Below, one piece after another: positions 1-7,423 of a stretch of DNA of 12,562 nt. The stretch lies in the NCBI GenBank assembly GCA_040225955.1, contig JBECUL010000058.1, positions 1 through 12,562 on the forward strand. The letters run 5' to 3'. Under the pieces are notes generated by a model. The model did no database searches and was not told the DNA's origin. It was given only the letters and a program-made list of their open reading frames with translations. The stretch is from Candidatus Asgardarchaeum abyssi. GTDB lineage: Archaea; Asgardarchaeota; Asgardarchaeia; Asgardarchaeales; Asgardarchaeaceae. The position numbers and the translations under genes are program-made. The first letter of the stretch is position 1. The number at the start of each line of letters is the position of its first letter.

Positions 1-18
1 CTGATTTTTATGTTGGCT

Positions 19-966
19 TCATCGTTCATAAGATGCGATTAATCTTATACCATACTTTTGAGCCTCTTCTCTCGCATCAGGATATATAATAAATCCAAAC
101 ATTAGAGGAAGAATCTCCTTACCCTCGAATAGGACTTTCAAGTCCTTTAACATCTTCACAAATTTTCTAACAGTACTCCTATATATCTTCGTTTTGCACT
201 CCCCAATAATTACAATCTCTTTTTCACCCTTCTTTCCTACACCATACAAGTTTATTTCATACATTGTCCCATCTATTTCAAAAAACTCACGACTTAGGTC
301 ATCGATATCTATATTCTCGTGTCTGTATAACCACCCAGGAACAACAACTCTAGCAATATCTTCTAAACCAAATCCTATTGTTGCTGATAGAGAGCCCACC
401 TCTCTTGATAAATTACTAACAGAGTTCGCTAACTGCTCAACTACCATTTCAAGTCGTGTAAGCCTCTCCTCGCTTCGCTTCTGGGCCTCAGCAAGCTCGG
501 CAACTGTCTTTTCAAGTCGTGTAAGCCTCTCCTCGCTTCGCTTCTGGGCCTCAGCAAGCTCGGCAACTGTCTTTTCAAGTCGTGTAAGCCTCTCCTCGCT
601 TCGCTTCTGGGCCTCAGCAAGCTCGGCAACTGTCTTTTCAAGTCGTGTAAGCCTCTCCTCGCTTCGCTTCTGGGCCTCAGCAAGCTCGGCAACTGTCTTT
701 TCAAGTCGTGTAAGCCTCTCCTCGCTTCGCTTCTGGGCCTCAGCAAGCTCGGCAACTGTCTTTTCAAGTCGTTCAATAGCAGCCTCAAGTCGCGTGAGTC
801 TCTCTTCACTTCGCCTCTGGATCTTAGTAAGCTCTACAATATTCTTAGCTAGACTTTTTACGTATTTTGACAGTTTATCAAATTCCTCTCTTGTAACCTT
901 GATATCTTTAACTTTATCTTCAATTACCTTCGTTATAAAATCATATAAATCCGGGGTTATAGTCAT
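19..966 (-). CDS. Coiled-coil (heptad repeat) protein with C-terminal PD-(D/E)xK nuclease-like domain
   Basis: The ORF track gives 19..1005 from a TTG. ATG at 966 (MTITPDL) is preferred because AAAAGGTG (SD-like) precedes it and a TATA box lies at 1010-1017. The central region has 5 copies of [21 protein letters not shown]. The C-terminus GFGLEDIA...EINLYG...IIGECK fits a restriction-endonuclease-like motif arrangement. Confidence 0.85.
   Translation of the reverse strand: MTITPDLYDFITKVIEDKVKDIKVTREEFDKLSKYVKSLAKNIVELTKIQRRSEERLTRLEAAIERLEKTVAELAEAQKRSEERLTRLEKTVAELAEAQKRSEERLTRLEKTVAELAEAQKRSEERLTRLEKTVAELAEAQKRSEERLTRLEKTVAELAEAQKRSEERLTRLEMVVEQLANSVSNLSREVGSLSATIGFGLEDIARVVVPGWLYRHENIDIDDLSREFFEIDGTMYEINLYGVGKKGEKEIVIIGECKTKIYRSTVRKFVKMLKDLKVLFEGKEILPLMFGFIIYPDAREEAQKYGIRLIASYER
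447..772. repeat. Perfect in-frame 63-bp tandem repeat (5 copies plus 11 bp)
   Basis: The unit TTTCAAGTCGTGTAAGCCTCTCCTCGCTTCGCTTCTGGGCCTCAGCAAGCTCGGCAACTGTCT starts at 447, 510, 573, 636 and 699, with a partial copy at 762-772. It encodes 21 aa (3 heptads). Confidence 0.98.
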
Positions 967-1009
967 ATGGACACCTTTTGTTAATCCCAATAATAAATTA
1001 TACAATTAA

Positions 1010-1024
1010 TATTTAAATGATTTC
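1010..1024 (-). promoter_or_regulatory. Putative archaeal BRE/TATA promoter of the coiled-coil gene
   Basis: The minus strand reads GAAATCA-TTTAAATA, ending 44 nt before ATG 966. This leaves room for a ~20-nt leader containing GGTG. Confidence 0.5.
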
Positions 1025-1315
1025 ATTTTTATGGACAACATTTCTGAGAGCAGATAAATAATAAATATTTTTTAGCCTTAAGAGGCAAAAACACTATAAA
1101 ATGATTCAAATACCTAAAATCAATTAGCTTATTTAAATAATTAACAACGAGATTATATGCCAAGGAATTCAGCTAAGATAAATTTTCAAAGCTTTTACTT
1201 CTGAGGATCTTATCGGTTTCATTGCTTCATATAAAAACTACAATCATAATTCTAAATATCACCAAAAAATTTCTTTTCCTAATTTTGCCACATTTTGATT
1301 CACTTATATTTTAGT

Positions 1316-1330
1316 AAAAAAGTTTTATAT
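1316..1330 (+). promoter_or_regulatory. Putative BRE/TATA promoter of the mntA-hepT operon
   Basis: AAAAAAG-TTTTATAT predicts a transcription start near 1352, followed by GAGG (1354-1357) and ATG at 1366. Confidence 0.5.
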
Positions 1331-1365
1331 GAAGCAAAGTGATAAATATAGAAGAGGCGTTACGG

Positions 1366-1818
1366 ATGCACAAAGAAAATATGGATAGTAAAGAGTCATT
1401 AACAAAACAGGAAATACTTAAAACTGTGAAAGAGCTTTTTGAGCGGTTAGATTATATAATTTTTGCATACCTTTTTGGTTCTTATGCAACTGGTAAAGTA
1501 TGGGCTATGAGTGATATTGATATTGCTGTATATGTGGACCCGAGAAAAGTAAATGACCTTTTTAAACTTAAGCTTAGGCTACTTGGTATGCTAAATGATG
1601 CTTTTAAAACAGATAAAATTGATCTTGTCATTCTTAATGAAGCCCCTCCTGTACTCAAGTATGAAATACTCGTAAAGGGGATTTTGATTTTTACAAAGGA
1701 TAAGGAGATACATACAGAGTTCTATCTTAGGGCTACCAAGGAGTTCTTTGATTTCCAATATATACTAGACAAAAACTATGAAGCAGTAAAGGAAGCATTA
1801 AGGAGGAAACGAAAGTGA
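1366..1818 (+). CDS. mntA: Minimal nucleotidyltransferase, MntA-type antitoxin (type VII toxin-antitoxin adenylyltransferase)
   Basis: YLFGS-YATGKVWAMS-DID matches the GSX10DXD Pol-beta motif, followed by IDLVILN..P. The gene lies directly upstream of a HEPN gene. The start is uncertain (GTG 1339, ATG 1366 or ATG 1381); 1366 fits the TATA box and SD best. Confidence 0.9.
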   Translation: MHKENMDSKESLTKQEILKTVKELFERLDYIIFAYLFGSYATGKVWAMSDIDIAVYVDPRKVNDLFKLKLRLLGMLNDAFKTDKIDLVILNEAPPVLKYEILVKGILIFTKDKEIHTEFYLRATKEFFDFQYILDKNYEAVKEALRRKRK

Positions 1819-2252
1819 AAGAGAAAGGAATTATAGAAAGAGTAAATCGATTTTACGAGTATCTGGGTCTGCTAGAAGATCTTGCTCAAAAGGATCTTGA
1901 CACCTTTATGAAATCTCCTTATTTGCAATTGAGTGCCGAACGTCTTCTACATCTTTCCATCGAAATACTTTTAGATTTAGGGAATTACTTGATTAATGCT
2001 TTAAGTTTACCAAAGCCATCAACCTATGCGGAAATTTTTAAAATACTCTGCGAACATGATATTCTACCAAGAGATATGATGAACTCTCTCATGGATATGG
2101 CTCGCTTTAGAAATGTTCTTGTCCATGGATATATAGCTATAGATAAGAAGCGTGTTTACGAAATTCTCGTAGACAATTTAGATATGTTGAAATATACCGC
2201 TGAAAAGATAATATATAGGCTTGACGAATTAGAAGAAAAGAAAAAACGATGA
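1815..2252 (+). CDS. hepT: HepT-like HEPN ribonuclease toxin (DUF86 family)
   Basis: It contains ERLLHLSIE..LD and FRNVLVHGY, which is the RX4HXY motif. It overlaps mntA by GTGA and has an AGGAGG SD at 1801-1806, indicating translational coupling. Confidence 0.92.
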   Translation: MKEKGIIERVNRFYEYLGLLEDLAQKDLDTFMKSPYLQLSAERLLHLSIEILLDLGNYLINALSLPKPSTYAEIFKILCEHDILPRDMMNSLMDMARFRNVLVHGYIAIDKKRVYEILVDNLDMLKYTAEKIIYRLDELEEKKKR

Positions 2253-2313
2253 TAAAATAATATCATAATTTAGACGCAGAAAGGTCAGAAATGTATCTAT
2301 ATTGGGATCTAAA

Positions 2314-3063
2314 ATGAAGACATCAGCACTATTATTACTATTCTTATTAATACTCTATCTTGTATATACGTACTTTAACTTAGATTCTATATTTTTAAAT
2401 TTTAGATTCATTATCTCAGAAAATTATATTCTTTTTATCTTTGCGGTTATTGCGTGGTCTGCTGTAATTCTCTGGATAATTTTGGTCTTTAAGGAAATAT
2501 CTTATGGGTATTATCAGCATCAAGCTGCAAAAGGCTTTTTTATTGTTTATGCTCTTATCTTAATATATACTATACTCATAGACATACGTTTCTTAATATG
2601 GCTCCTAATCTTACCAGCCCAATTAGGTATCCTTTTATCATACTATTCAGCACGGGTAATGGCTGAGAGAGGGTTGCTAAAGCGGATATTTGGAGAAAAG
2701 GAAATTGTTGAGAGAATAGATTGTTGTATATATTTGTTATCACTATTTGCCATACTGATATATAATCTTATGAAAGAACTCTTCAGAGTAACCATGGGAA
2801 ACGGTTTTTCCATATTTTTTCTCTTACTCAATACTATGTGGCTTTTTATTGTCTTCATAAGAATTAGGAGTATGATTGATGAAGCTATTAGCGACATAAG
2901 TGATATGGCCATTTATACGATTCTGTGGAAATATCCAATTATTGCATTAGGACTTGCTGTTGGTGTTGTATTTGTTGTGCCGAAGGTATATCCACTATAT
3001 GCTATCAGCAACACACTATTATCCGTAGTCACATATTTGGATTATATGCATAGCCAAAAATAA
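2314..3063 (+). CDS. Hypothetical polytopic membrane protein (about 8 TM segments)
   Basis: 249 aa from ATG 2314 (the ORF track starts at TTG 2302), with about eight long hydrophobic stretches. No family motif was recognised. Confidence 0.75.
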   Translation: MKTSALLLLFLLILYLVYTYFNLDSIFLNFRFIISENYILFIFAVIAWSAVILWIILVFKEISYGYYQHQAAKGFFIVYALILIYTILIDIRFLIWLLILPAQLGILLSYYSARVMAERGLLKRIFGEKEIVERIDCCIYLLSLFAILIYNLMKELFRVTMGNGFSIFFLLLNTMWLFIVFIRIRSMIDEAISDISDMAIYTILWKYPIIALGLAVGVVFVVPKVYPLYAISNTLLSVVTYLDYMHSQK

Positions 3064-3171
3064 TTAGTAGGACATATATATGTACCTTTTATTGACAGTA
3101 GGTGAAAACTTAATGTTTTTGTAGTAGTTTAGAAAAATTTACTCTGAACCATTGAGCCTTTCATGTCAAGC
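3062..3171 (+). pseudogene. Decayed duplicate of the upstream region and 5' end of the radical SAM gene (9052-9180)
   Basis: AATTAGTAG at 3062-3070 equals 9052-9060. GGTGAAAACTTAATGTTTT at 3101-3119 equals 9080-9098 (19/19, includes SD and ATG). 3121-3143 matches 9129-9151 at 17/23. Both copies end in AGCC...TGTCAAGC (3171 and 9180). The left copy is frameshifted and carries a ~30-bp deletion. Confidence 0.65.
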
Positions 3172-3174
3172 TTT

Positions 3175-3274
3175 GCTCATTCTATAATCAAAAATACCAA
3201 TTCTGTTTTTGATTGGTATATTATTCATTAGGAAATGAATAAGAATGAGCTATCTAGTAATCTTTAAGATTACT
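3175..3274. other. Cluster of nested perfect inverted repeats (candidate structured RNA or fold-back element)
   Basis: Stems: 3175-3183/3242-3250, 3186-3194/3206-3214, 3194-3201/3212-3219, 3221-3229/3234-3242 and 3256-3264/3266-3274. Confidence 0.6.
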
Positions 3275-3390
3275 TCAGGGCAATGATGATCGCCAAAAAC
3301 TTAACCGATAAAGGTGGCTCTCGATACTACCTCATGAAAATTTCTTAAATGATAAGGGAATATATGTTTTATACAATTGCAGTTATAGAT

Positions 3391-5445
3391 TTATTCTAAA
3401 ATATCACGTATGAGCCCCATAAATTTCTTTCTTGTCTTGTATCTTTGAGTTATGTCTTTTTTGATAGTTTCCCACTTTTCAAGTTTATTTGTAATTTGAA
3501 GAATTTTCTTTATTTTTTTCAACAGCTTGGCTGCATTATTGTAGTATGTATGAGATTTCGTGACATGTGTGTGAATCCAGAGCAAGTACTGGTCCACGAC
3601 AAGTTGCAAGTCTATATTTATCATCTTATTAGCGATTCTATGAACAGTTTCTATATCATTTACATTTGGTAAAATGAGCGCAGAGGTTCTGAAGAGAATA
3701 TCCTTATAATTATAGTTATTAGGAACTGCAAAATAAAGTGCCAATAGACAATCAACATTAGCGATGCGTTCTTTATTGTTCAAAATGTTATTAATGATTT
3801 CATTAATCTCTGCATCTGAAATTCTATTGAATAATTTTGATAGGAACAAAGATATATCCCTTCCAGAGAGATCGTATCTAGCAAAAGCAGATATACAATC
3901 ATTTTTAATAGAATGTTTCATTATGAATAATGCATTCTTATCTGAAAAGATATCCTTATTGAATTTAGTATACTGAGTGTATAGTTTATAGATAATGTCA
4001 TCAATTAATTCTTCTGGTATTGCTTTGTTTTTTCTGATGAGGTTTGCTACCAATTCGACTGCATACTGAAAATTAAATTTGATATTCCAGCGAATCCTCA
4101 AAGGTAATAGATTAGAGTCTTGTTTAATTTTATTTTCAAATTTTTCAAGTAAATTAAGAGCTTTTAAAGCAGAATGAATCATTTCTAAGACACGATGGTT
4201 GTATTCATTAGCTAGTTTTATCATTAATGAAATAATATTATCCTCACCAACAACATCTACGAAGTTTGTGTATTTCCGTGATGCATACATGAGTTTATCC
4301 ATCATGAAAGAAAGATTTCCATAATTAAGAGCATATTCTTCTTTTAGTATCCCGATAATTGCTCTCTTCAGATATTGCAATAATAAATCATTATAGTTAG
4401 AGGCATATGCTTTTTGAATTAAAACTTTTAATTCAGAAAAATTAGCGGGCTTATATTTTTTAAGAAAATCAAGTAGATAGCTCTCAGAAATCTTGGAGAG
4501 AGTTTCTATTTTTAGGTAGATTGCCAACTCGTAAATTTTTTCTTTTTTAATATCAAGATAGTGTTTATTTGATAAATACTTTTTAACAATTGCATCAATA
4601 TATTTTAGAAAAATGTCATATTTGTCTGAAGGAATTGTTGATATAAGCGTATTCACTATCTCAGTATCGTCGATTTCAATTAGATATTCAAATATTAGCT
4701 CAAGCAGGTGCCTATTATTTTCTATTACAGCAAACCAATTTATTTGAGTCACCAGATTATGAAGATTATCAATCAATTCAAAGATTTTGTGATTAAAATA
4801 ATAATCTGGCGCATAATGTAACTGTTGAAGGAGTGGTATTATAATTTCTACGAAATCTATGGGACGGTTATTTTCGATAAGCCACTCACATATGGAATAT
4901 AGTGTTTTTAATTCTATATAGACCTTATCTGTAAATCCCAGCTGTGCGATTTCTAAAAGTTCATAGGATGAGACAAAAGTCTTATACGAGCTAATAAGTT
5001 CTTCGTTAATCTTTAATTTATAAAAAGGATGAATGTTTAAAACTTTTGAAAACGTTGTTAAGATACTTGGTCTTAGCATTATGACAGAGTCTAAAATTTT
5101 TAAAATTTCATCCTTAGAAAGACTTGATATCTTCTTAAGAATCTCGTTACCATTTAGATAGATATGAGGTGAATGAATCCAAGATAACAGTGTAGCGACT
5201 ACATGTTTACAATCGCCTCCAAGAGGACAGCTACATTTATTCGAAAAGTCATCACTACTTAAATCTATTTCAACCTTATAAGGTTTCTCAGCTGTACCCC
5301 ATACAAAACTAACTAATTTATTCTTATAAACAATACCACGAATTACTCTTCCTTCATAGAAATATCGTTTTCCCTTTTCAAATGTTCTTAATCCGAAAAT
5401 TGTACGTATTTTATCCTCAGTTATTTTTTCGGACATCATCTTCAT
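3391..5445 (-). CDS. SWIM zinc-finger protein with long alpha-helical C-terminal region
   Basis: The N-terminal TFEKGKRYF...VWGT...PYKV.I...CSCPLGGDCKHVVA carries the CxC-xn-CxH SWIM motif. The C-terminal YNNAAKLL...W...I..RYK.RKKF helix is typical of prokaryotic SWIM proteins. The start is ATG 5445, 5439 or 5436; the GTG at 5532 straddles the MITE junction. Confidence 0.88.
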   Translation of the reverse strand: MKMMSEKITEDKIRTIFGLRTFEKGKRYFYEGRVIRGIVYKNKLVSFVWGTAEKPYKVEIDLSSDDFSNKCSCPLGGDCKHVVATLLSWIHSPHIYLNGNEILKKISSLSKDEILKILDSVIMLRPSILTTFSKVLNIHPFYKLKINEELISSYKTFVSSYELLEIAQLGFTDKVYIELKTLYSICEWLIENNRPIDFVEIIIPLLQQLHYAPDYYFNHKIFELIDNLHNLVTQINWFAVIENNRHLLELIFEYLIEIDDTEIVNTLISTIPSDKYDIFLKYIDAIVKKYLSNKHYLDIKKEKIYELAIYLKIETLSKISESYLLDFLKKYKPANFSELKVLIQKAYASNYNDLLLQYLKRAIIGILKEEYALNYGNLSFMMDKLMYASRKYTNFVDVVGEDNIISLMIKLANEYNHRVLEMIHSALKALNLLEKFENKIKQDSNLLPLRIRWNIKFNFQYAVELVANLIRKNKAIPEELIDDIIYKLYTQYTKFNKDIFSDKNALFIMKHSIKNDCISAFARYDLSGRDISLFLSKLFNRISDAEINEIINNILNNKERIANVDCLLALYFAVPNNYNYKDILFRTSALILPNVNDIETVHRIANKMINIDLQLVVDQYLLWIHTHVTKSHTYYNNAAKLLKKIKKILQITNKLEKWETIKKDITQRYKTRKKFMGLIRDILE

Positions 5446-5531
5446 AATTTTGTCAAAAAATAAAGTATTTATTTTTTTGTACACGTTTTTAGAATTTTTC
5501 AGGTAATTGTATATATGTGTTGCTCTATTCA

Positions 5532-5677
5532 CAGTACTTCCGCACTATTTTTTGGCTGGAGATGGACGTTAGTGGTTGGAAGGATGCTTGGAATTGCCGC
5601 CTCAACCTATGAAAATCAAATCGTAATAACCTTCCGCAACCAATACGGATTTTCATCAAATTAGTGCGGAAGTACTG
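5532..5677. mobile_element. 146-bp MITE (non-autonomous), ends resembling ISH3-family IS
   Basis: Perfect 16-bp TIRs CAGTACTTCCGCACTA (5532-5547) and TAGTGCGGAAGTACTG (5662-5677), 19/20 when extended. A 5-bp direct repeat ATTCA flanks it at 5527-5531 and 5678-5682. There is no transposase, and it is more GC-rich than its flanks. The family assignment rests on recalled CAGTA ends with a 5-bp target duplication and is less certain than the element call. Confidence 0.92.
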
Positions 5678-5679
5678 AT

Positions 5680-7077
5680 TCATAAATTAAAATCATTTAG
5701 ATCGTATACTAAATATCCCTTTGAAAGGAAACTTCTTTTTTCCTCTATATGTTTAGCTATTAGTCCAAAATACTCAATCCTTTTTTTCTTATTCCAATTA
5801 ACAGCTTTACTTTTTTCTTTAAGTCTTTTTAGGATCGAATTAGCTTTTAAAAACGACAAATCAGCCCATTTTACTTCGAAAAATGCAATTTCTCTGGTCT
5901 GACTATTTAGAGCGACAAGGTCTATTTCTACAGCTTCAACTTTATTGTTACTTCTTATTTTTTTACCCCAGAATCGGCCAATTTTCTCGATCGAAAATTT
6001 ATCAAATTTCCTAATTAAGAATTCTTTTGATATTTCTTCAAAGGCAAGTCCAACAAATTGGTTAAAGTAGGGCTCTATTTTATTTTTTAGAACATCTTTA
6101 GATTTTTCGGTTTCGATTTTACTTCTGTTTGGAAAAACGAATCTAAACCAGAATCTAAAAAAGTTATCCTTAATTAAGTAAATAGATTTTTTCGTTTTCC
6201 TTATTTTTTCTGTAACTGGTTGCTCTCGTTTTATTATATCCATTTTCATCAGCACATTAAGATATTTTGGCAAGTCATTAATTTTTATTTTAGTATAGTT
6301 TGCGATGTCAGATAGCCGTGTATTTCCAAAAGCAATAGCTTCTAATATTGACATATATGTTGACGGATCCCTTAGCTCTTCACGAAGAAGAAACTCTATT
6401 TCTTCATACAAAATGGACCCTTTACTCAATATTTTCTCTAAAATATTTTCAAAAACTGTTTTATTTTCGTCCATCTGCATAAAGTAAAATGGGACTCCTC
6501 CTGTTACCGCATACAATTTGATTTTTTCTTCTATCGGCCACGAGGGTAAACTCTTTGAAAAGTCAAAATAGGATAACGGTGTCACTTTCCATTGTCCGGT
6601 TCTACGACCATATAGCGGGTTACGATAAGAAAAAGTAGATTCCATGGTGCTTATTAGTGATCCACATAGTATTAACATTATTTTTTCCGTGAGGATTTCA
6701 TCAATGATATATTGGAAAACGGATGCTATAGCATTATCTTGTTCTAATAGATAAGAAAATTCATCGATAACGACTACTAACCTCTTTTTGGCCAATTTCG
6801 CAATTATACGAAATACGTCATCAAAGTTTTTAGGTTCGAGATACGGATAATCAAAAAATTCTGAAACCAATTCCATAAAACGTTTAGAATTTAAATAAGT
6901 TCCTCGCCTGTCTGCTAAGAAATAAATTGCATCCTTTCCTTTAATAAATTCTTTAATTAATTCCGTTTTTCCAACTCTTCTTCGACCGTAGATTATTATA
7001 ACTTCTTTTTTGTTGCTGTTATATTTCCTTTCCAAGAATTCTAATTCTTTTTCCCGATTGATAAAAATTCGACTCAT
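5680..7077 (-). CDS. Archaeal ATPase (COG1672-type) with wHTH and DUF234/PD-(D/E)xK domains
   Basis: FINREKEL; Walker A YGRRRVGKT; Walker B VVVIDEFSYL; LILCGS; PLYGRRT; TGGVPFY; HTH-like RLSDIANY; DNFFRFWFRFV; EIDLVA...FEVKW. Confidence 0.95.
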   Translation of the reverse strand: MSRIFINREKELEFLERKYNSNKKEVIIIYGRRRVGKTELIKEFIKGKDAIYFLADRRGTYLNSKRFMELVSEFFDYPYLEPKNFDDVFRIIAKLAKKRLVVVIDEFSYLLEQDNAIASVFQYIIDEILTEKIMLILCGSLISTMESTFSYRNPLYGRRTGQWKVTPLSYFDFSKSLPSWPIEEKIKLYAVTGGVPFYFMQMDENKTVFENILEKILSKGSILYEEIEFLLREELRDPSTYMSILEAIAFGNTRLSDIANYTKIKINDLPKYLNVLMKMDIIKREQPVTEKIRKTKKSIYLIKDNFFRFWFRFVFPNRSKIETEKSKDVLKNKIEPYFNQFVGLAFEEISKEFLIRKFDKFSIEKIGRFWGKKIRSNNKVEAVEIDLVALNSQTREIAFFEVKWADLSFLKANSILKRLKEKSKAVNWNKKKRIEYFGLIAKHIEEKRSFLSKGYLVYDLNDFNL

Positions 7078-7108
7078 AAAGATTATCTTTTAAGTCCGAA
7101 TATTTATA
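7061..7108 (-). promoter_or_regulatory. TATA box of a probably leaderless ATPase transcript, embedded in a 47-bp imperfect palindrome
   Basis: The minus-strand TATAAATA at 7108-7101, preceded by AAAGAAAAC, is centred ~27 nt from ATG 7077. The palindrome ATAAAAATTCGACTCATAAAGAT-T-ATCTTTTAAGTCCGAATATTTAT is centred on 7084. Confidence 0.6.
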
Positions 7109-7378
7109 GTTTTCTTTTGAAGTGAATTTTAGCTCCATATAACATTTTTCTATAGTCTATCATAAGACACATGGCTCCAATTTCAATTAACTTCCGAACT
7201 AGATTGGTGGCACACTATACTGATTAATGTTTGATGTAGCTGAATCACTGATGTAAAACTTTCTGTTATGATATTATAGGAAGCTTAGATTGATTCCAAG
7301 TTGATATTATTCCTAACCAAAAAAATGGCCAGAAAAAATATTGATGATGAGTAAAACTTTAAATCTATGAAAAAATTA

Positions 7379-7423
7379 TCGTCTTATGATATGTGTATTT
7401 ATAGGTGTCGCATTATGAGACGA
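7379..7423 (+). promoter_or_regulatory. Inverted repeat spanning SD and start codon of the second ATPase
   Basis: TCGTCTTATGAT (7379-7390) pairs with ATTATGAGACGA (7412-7423) through 10 Watson-Crick and 2 G-T pairs. AGGTG at 7403-7407 lies between the arms. A candidate TATA box TTTAAAT is at 7358-7364. Confidence 0.5.

Noticed and set aside
447-772. Repeat array as a CRISPR
   Set aside because: The units are contiguous with no unique spacers and are in frame within a gene; no cas genes are present.
194-1009. 271-aa plus-strand ORF and 122-aa alternate-frame ORF (441..809)
   Set aside because: These are shadows of the coiled-coil gene. The 63-bp unit lacks stops in those frames, and the products are Ser- or Arg-rich with no motifs.
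1068-1140. Small hairpin GCCT-TAAG-AGGC and AT palindrome TTATTTAAATAA
   Set aside because: These are too short or too low in complexity to distinguish from chance.
2314-3063. Membrane protein as a rhodopsin
   Set aside because: It has about eight hydrophobic segments and no retinal-binding Lys motif in a seventh helix.
3283-3337. C/D box sRNA (ATGATGA at 3283-3289, CCGA at 3305-3308)
   Set aside because: There is no convincing C' box and no terminal CTGA D box at the expected spacing.
5446-5532. N-terminal extension of the SWIM ORF from GTG 5532
   Set aside because: The GTG is formed across the MITE/target junction, and the extension runs through AT-rich promoter-like DNA.
5585-5665. 26-codon ORF inside the MITE (MLGIAAST...)
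   Set aside because: It is too short and shows no transposase or other recognisable motif.
7180-7211. Sequence resembling an archaeal CRISPR repeat on the minus strand (CCAAT...AATTGAAA)
   Set aside because: It is a single copy with no array.
7253-7360. 10-bp direct repeat GTAAAACTTT at 7253 and 7351
   Set aside because: It is short and AT-rich, and no TIRs or other structure lie between the copies.
7367-7414. Longer start of the second ATPase (MKKLSSYDMC...)
   Set aside because: The paralogue begins a few residues before F(I/V)xR, and an SD precedes ATG 7415.
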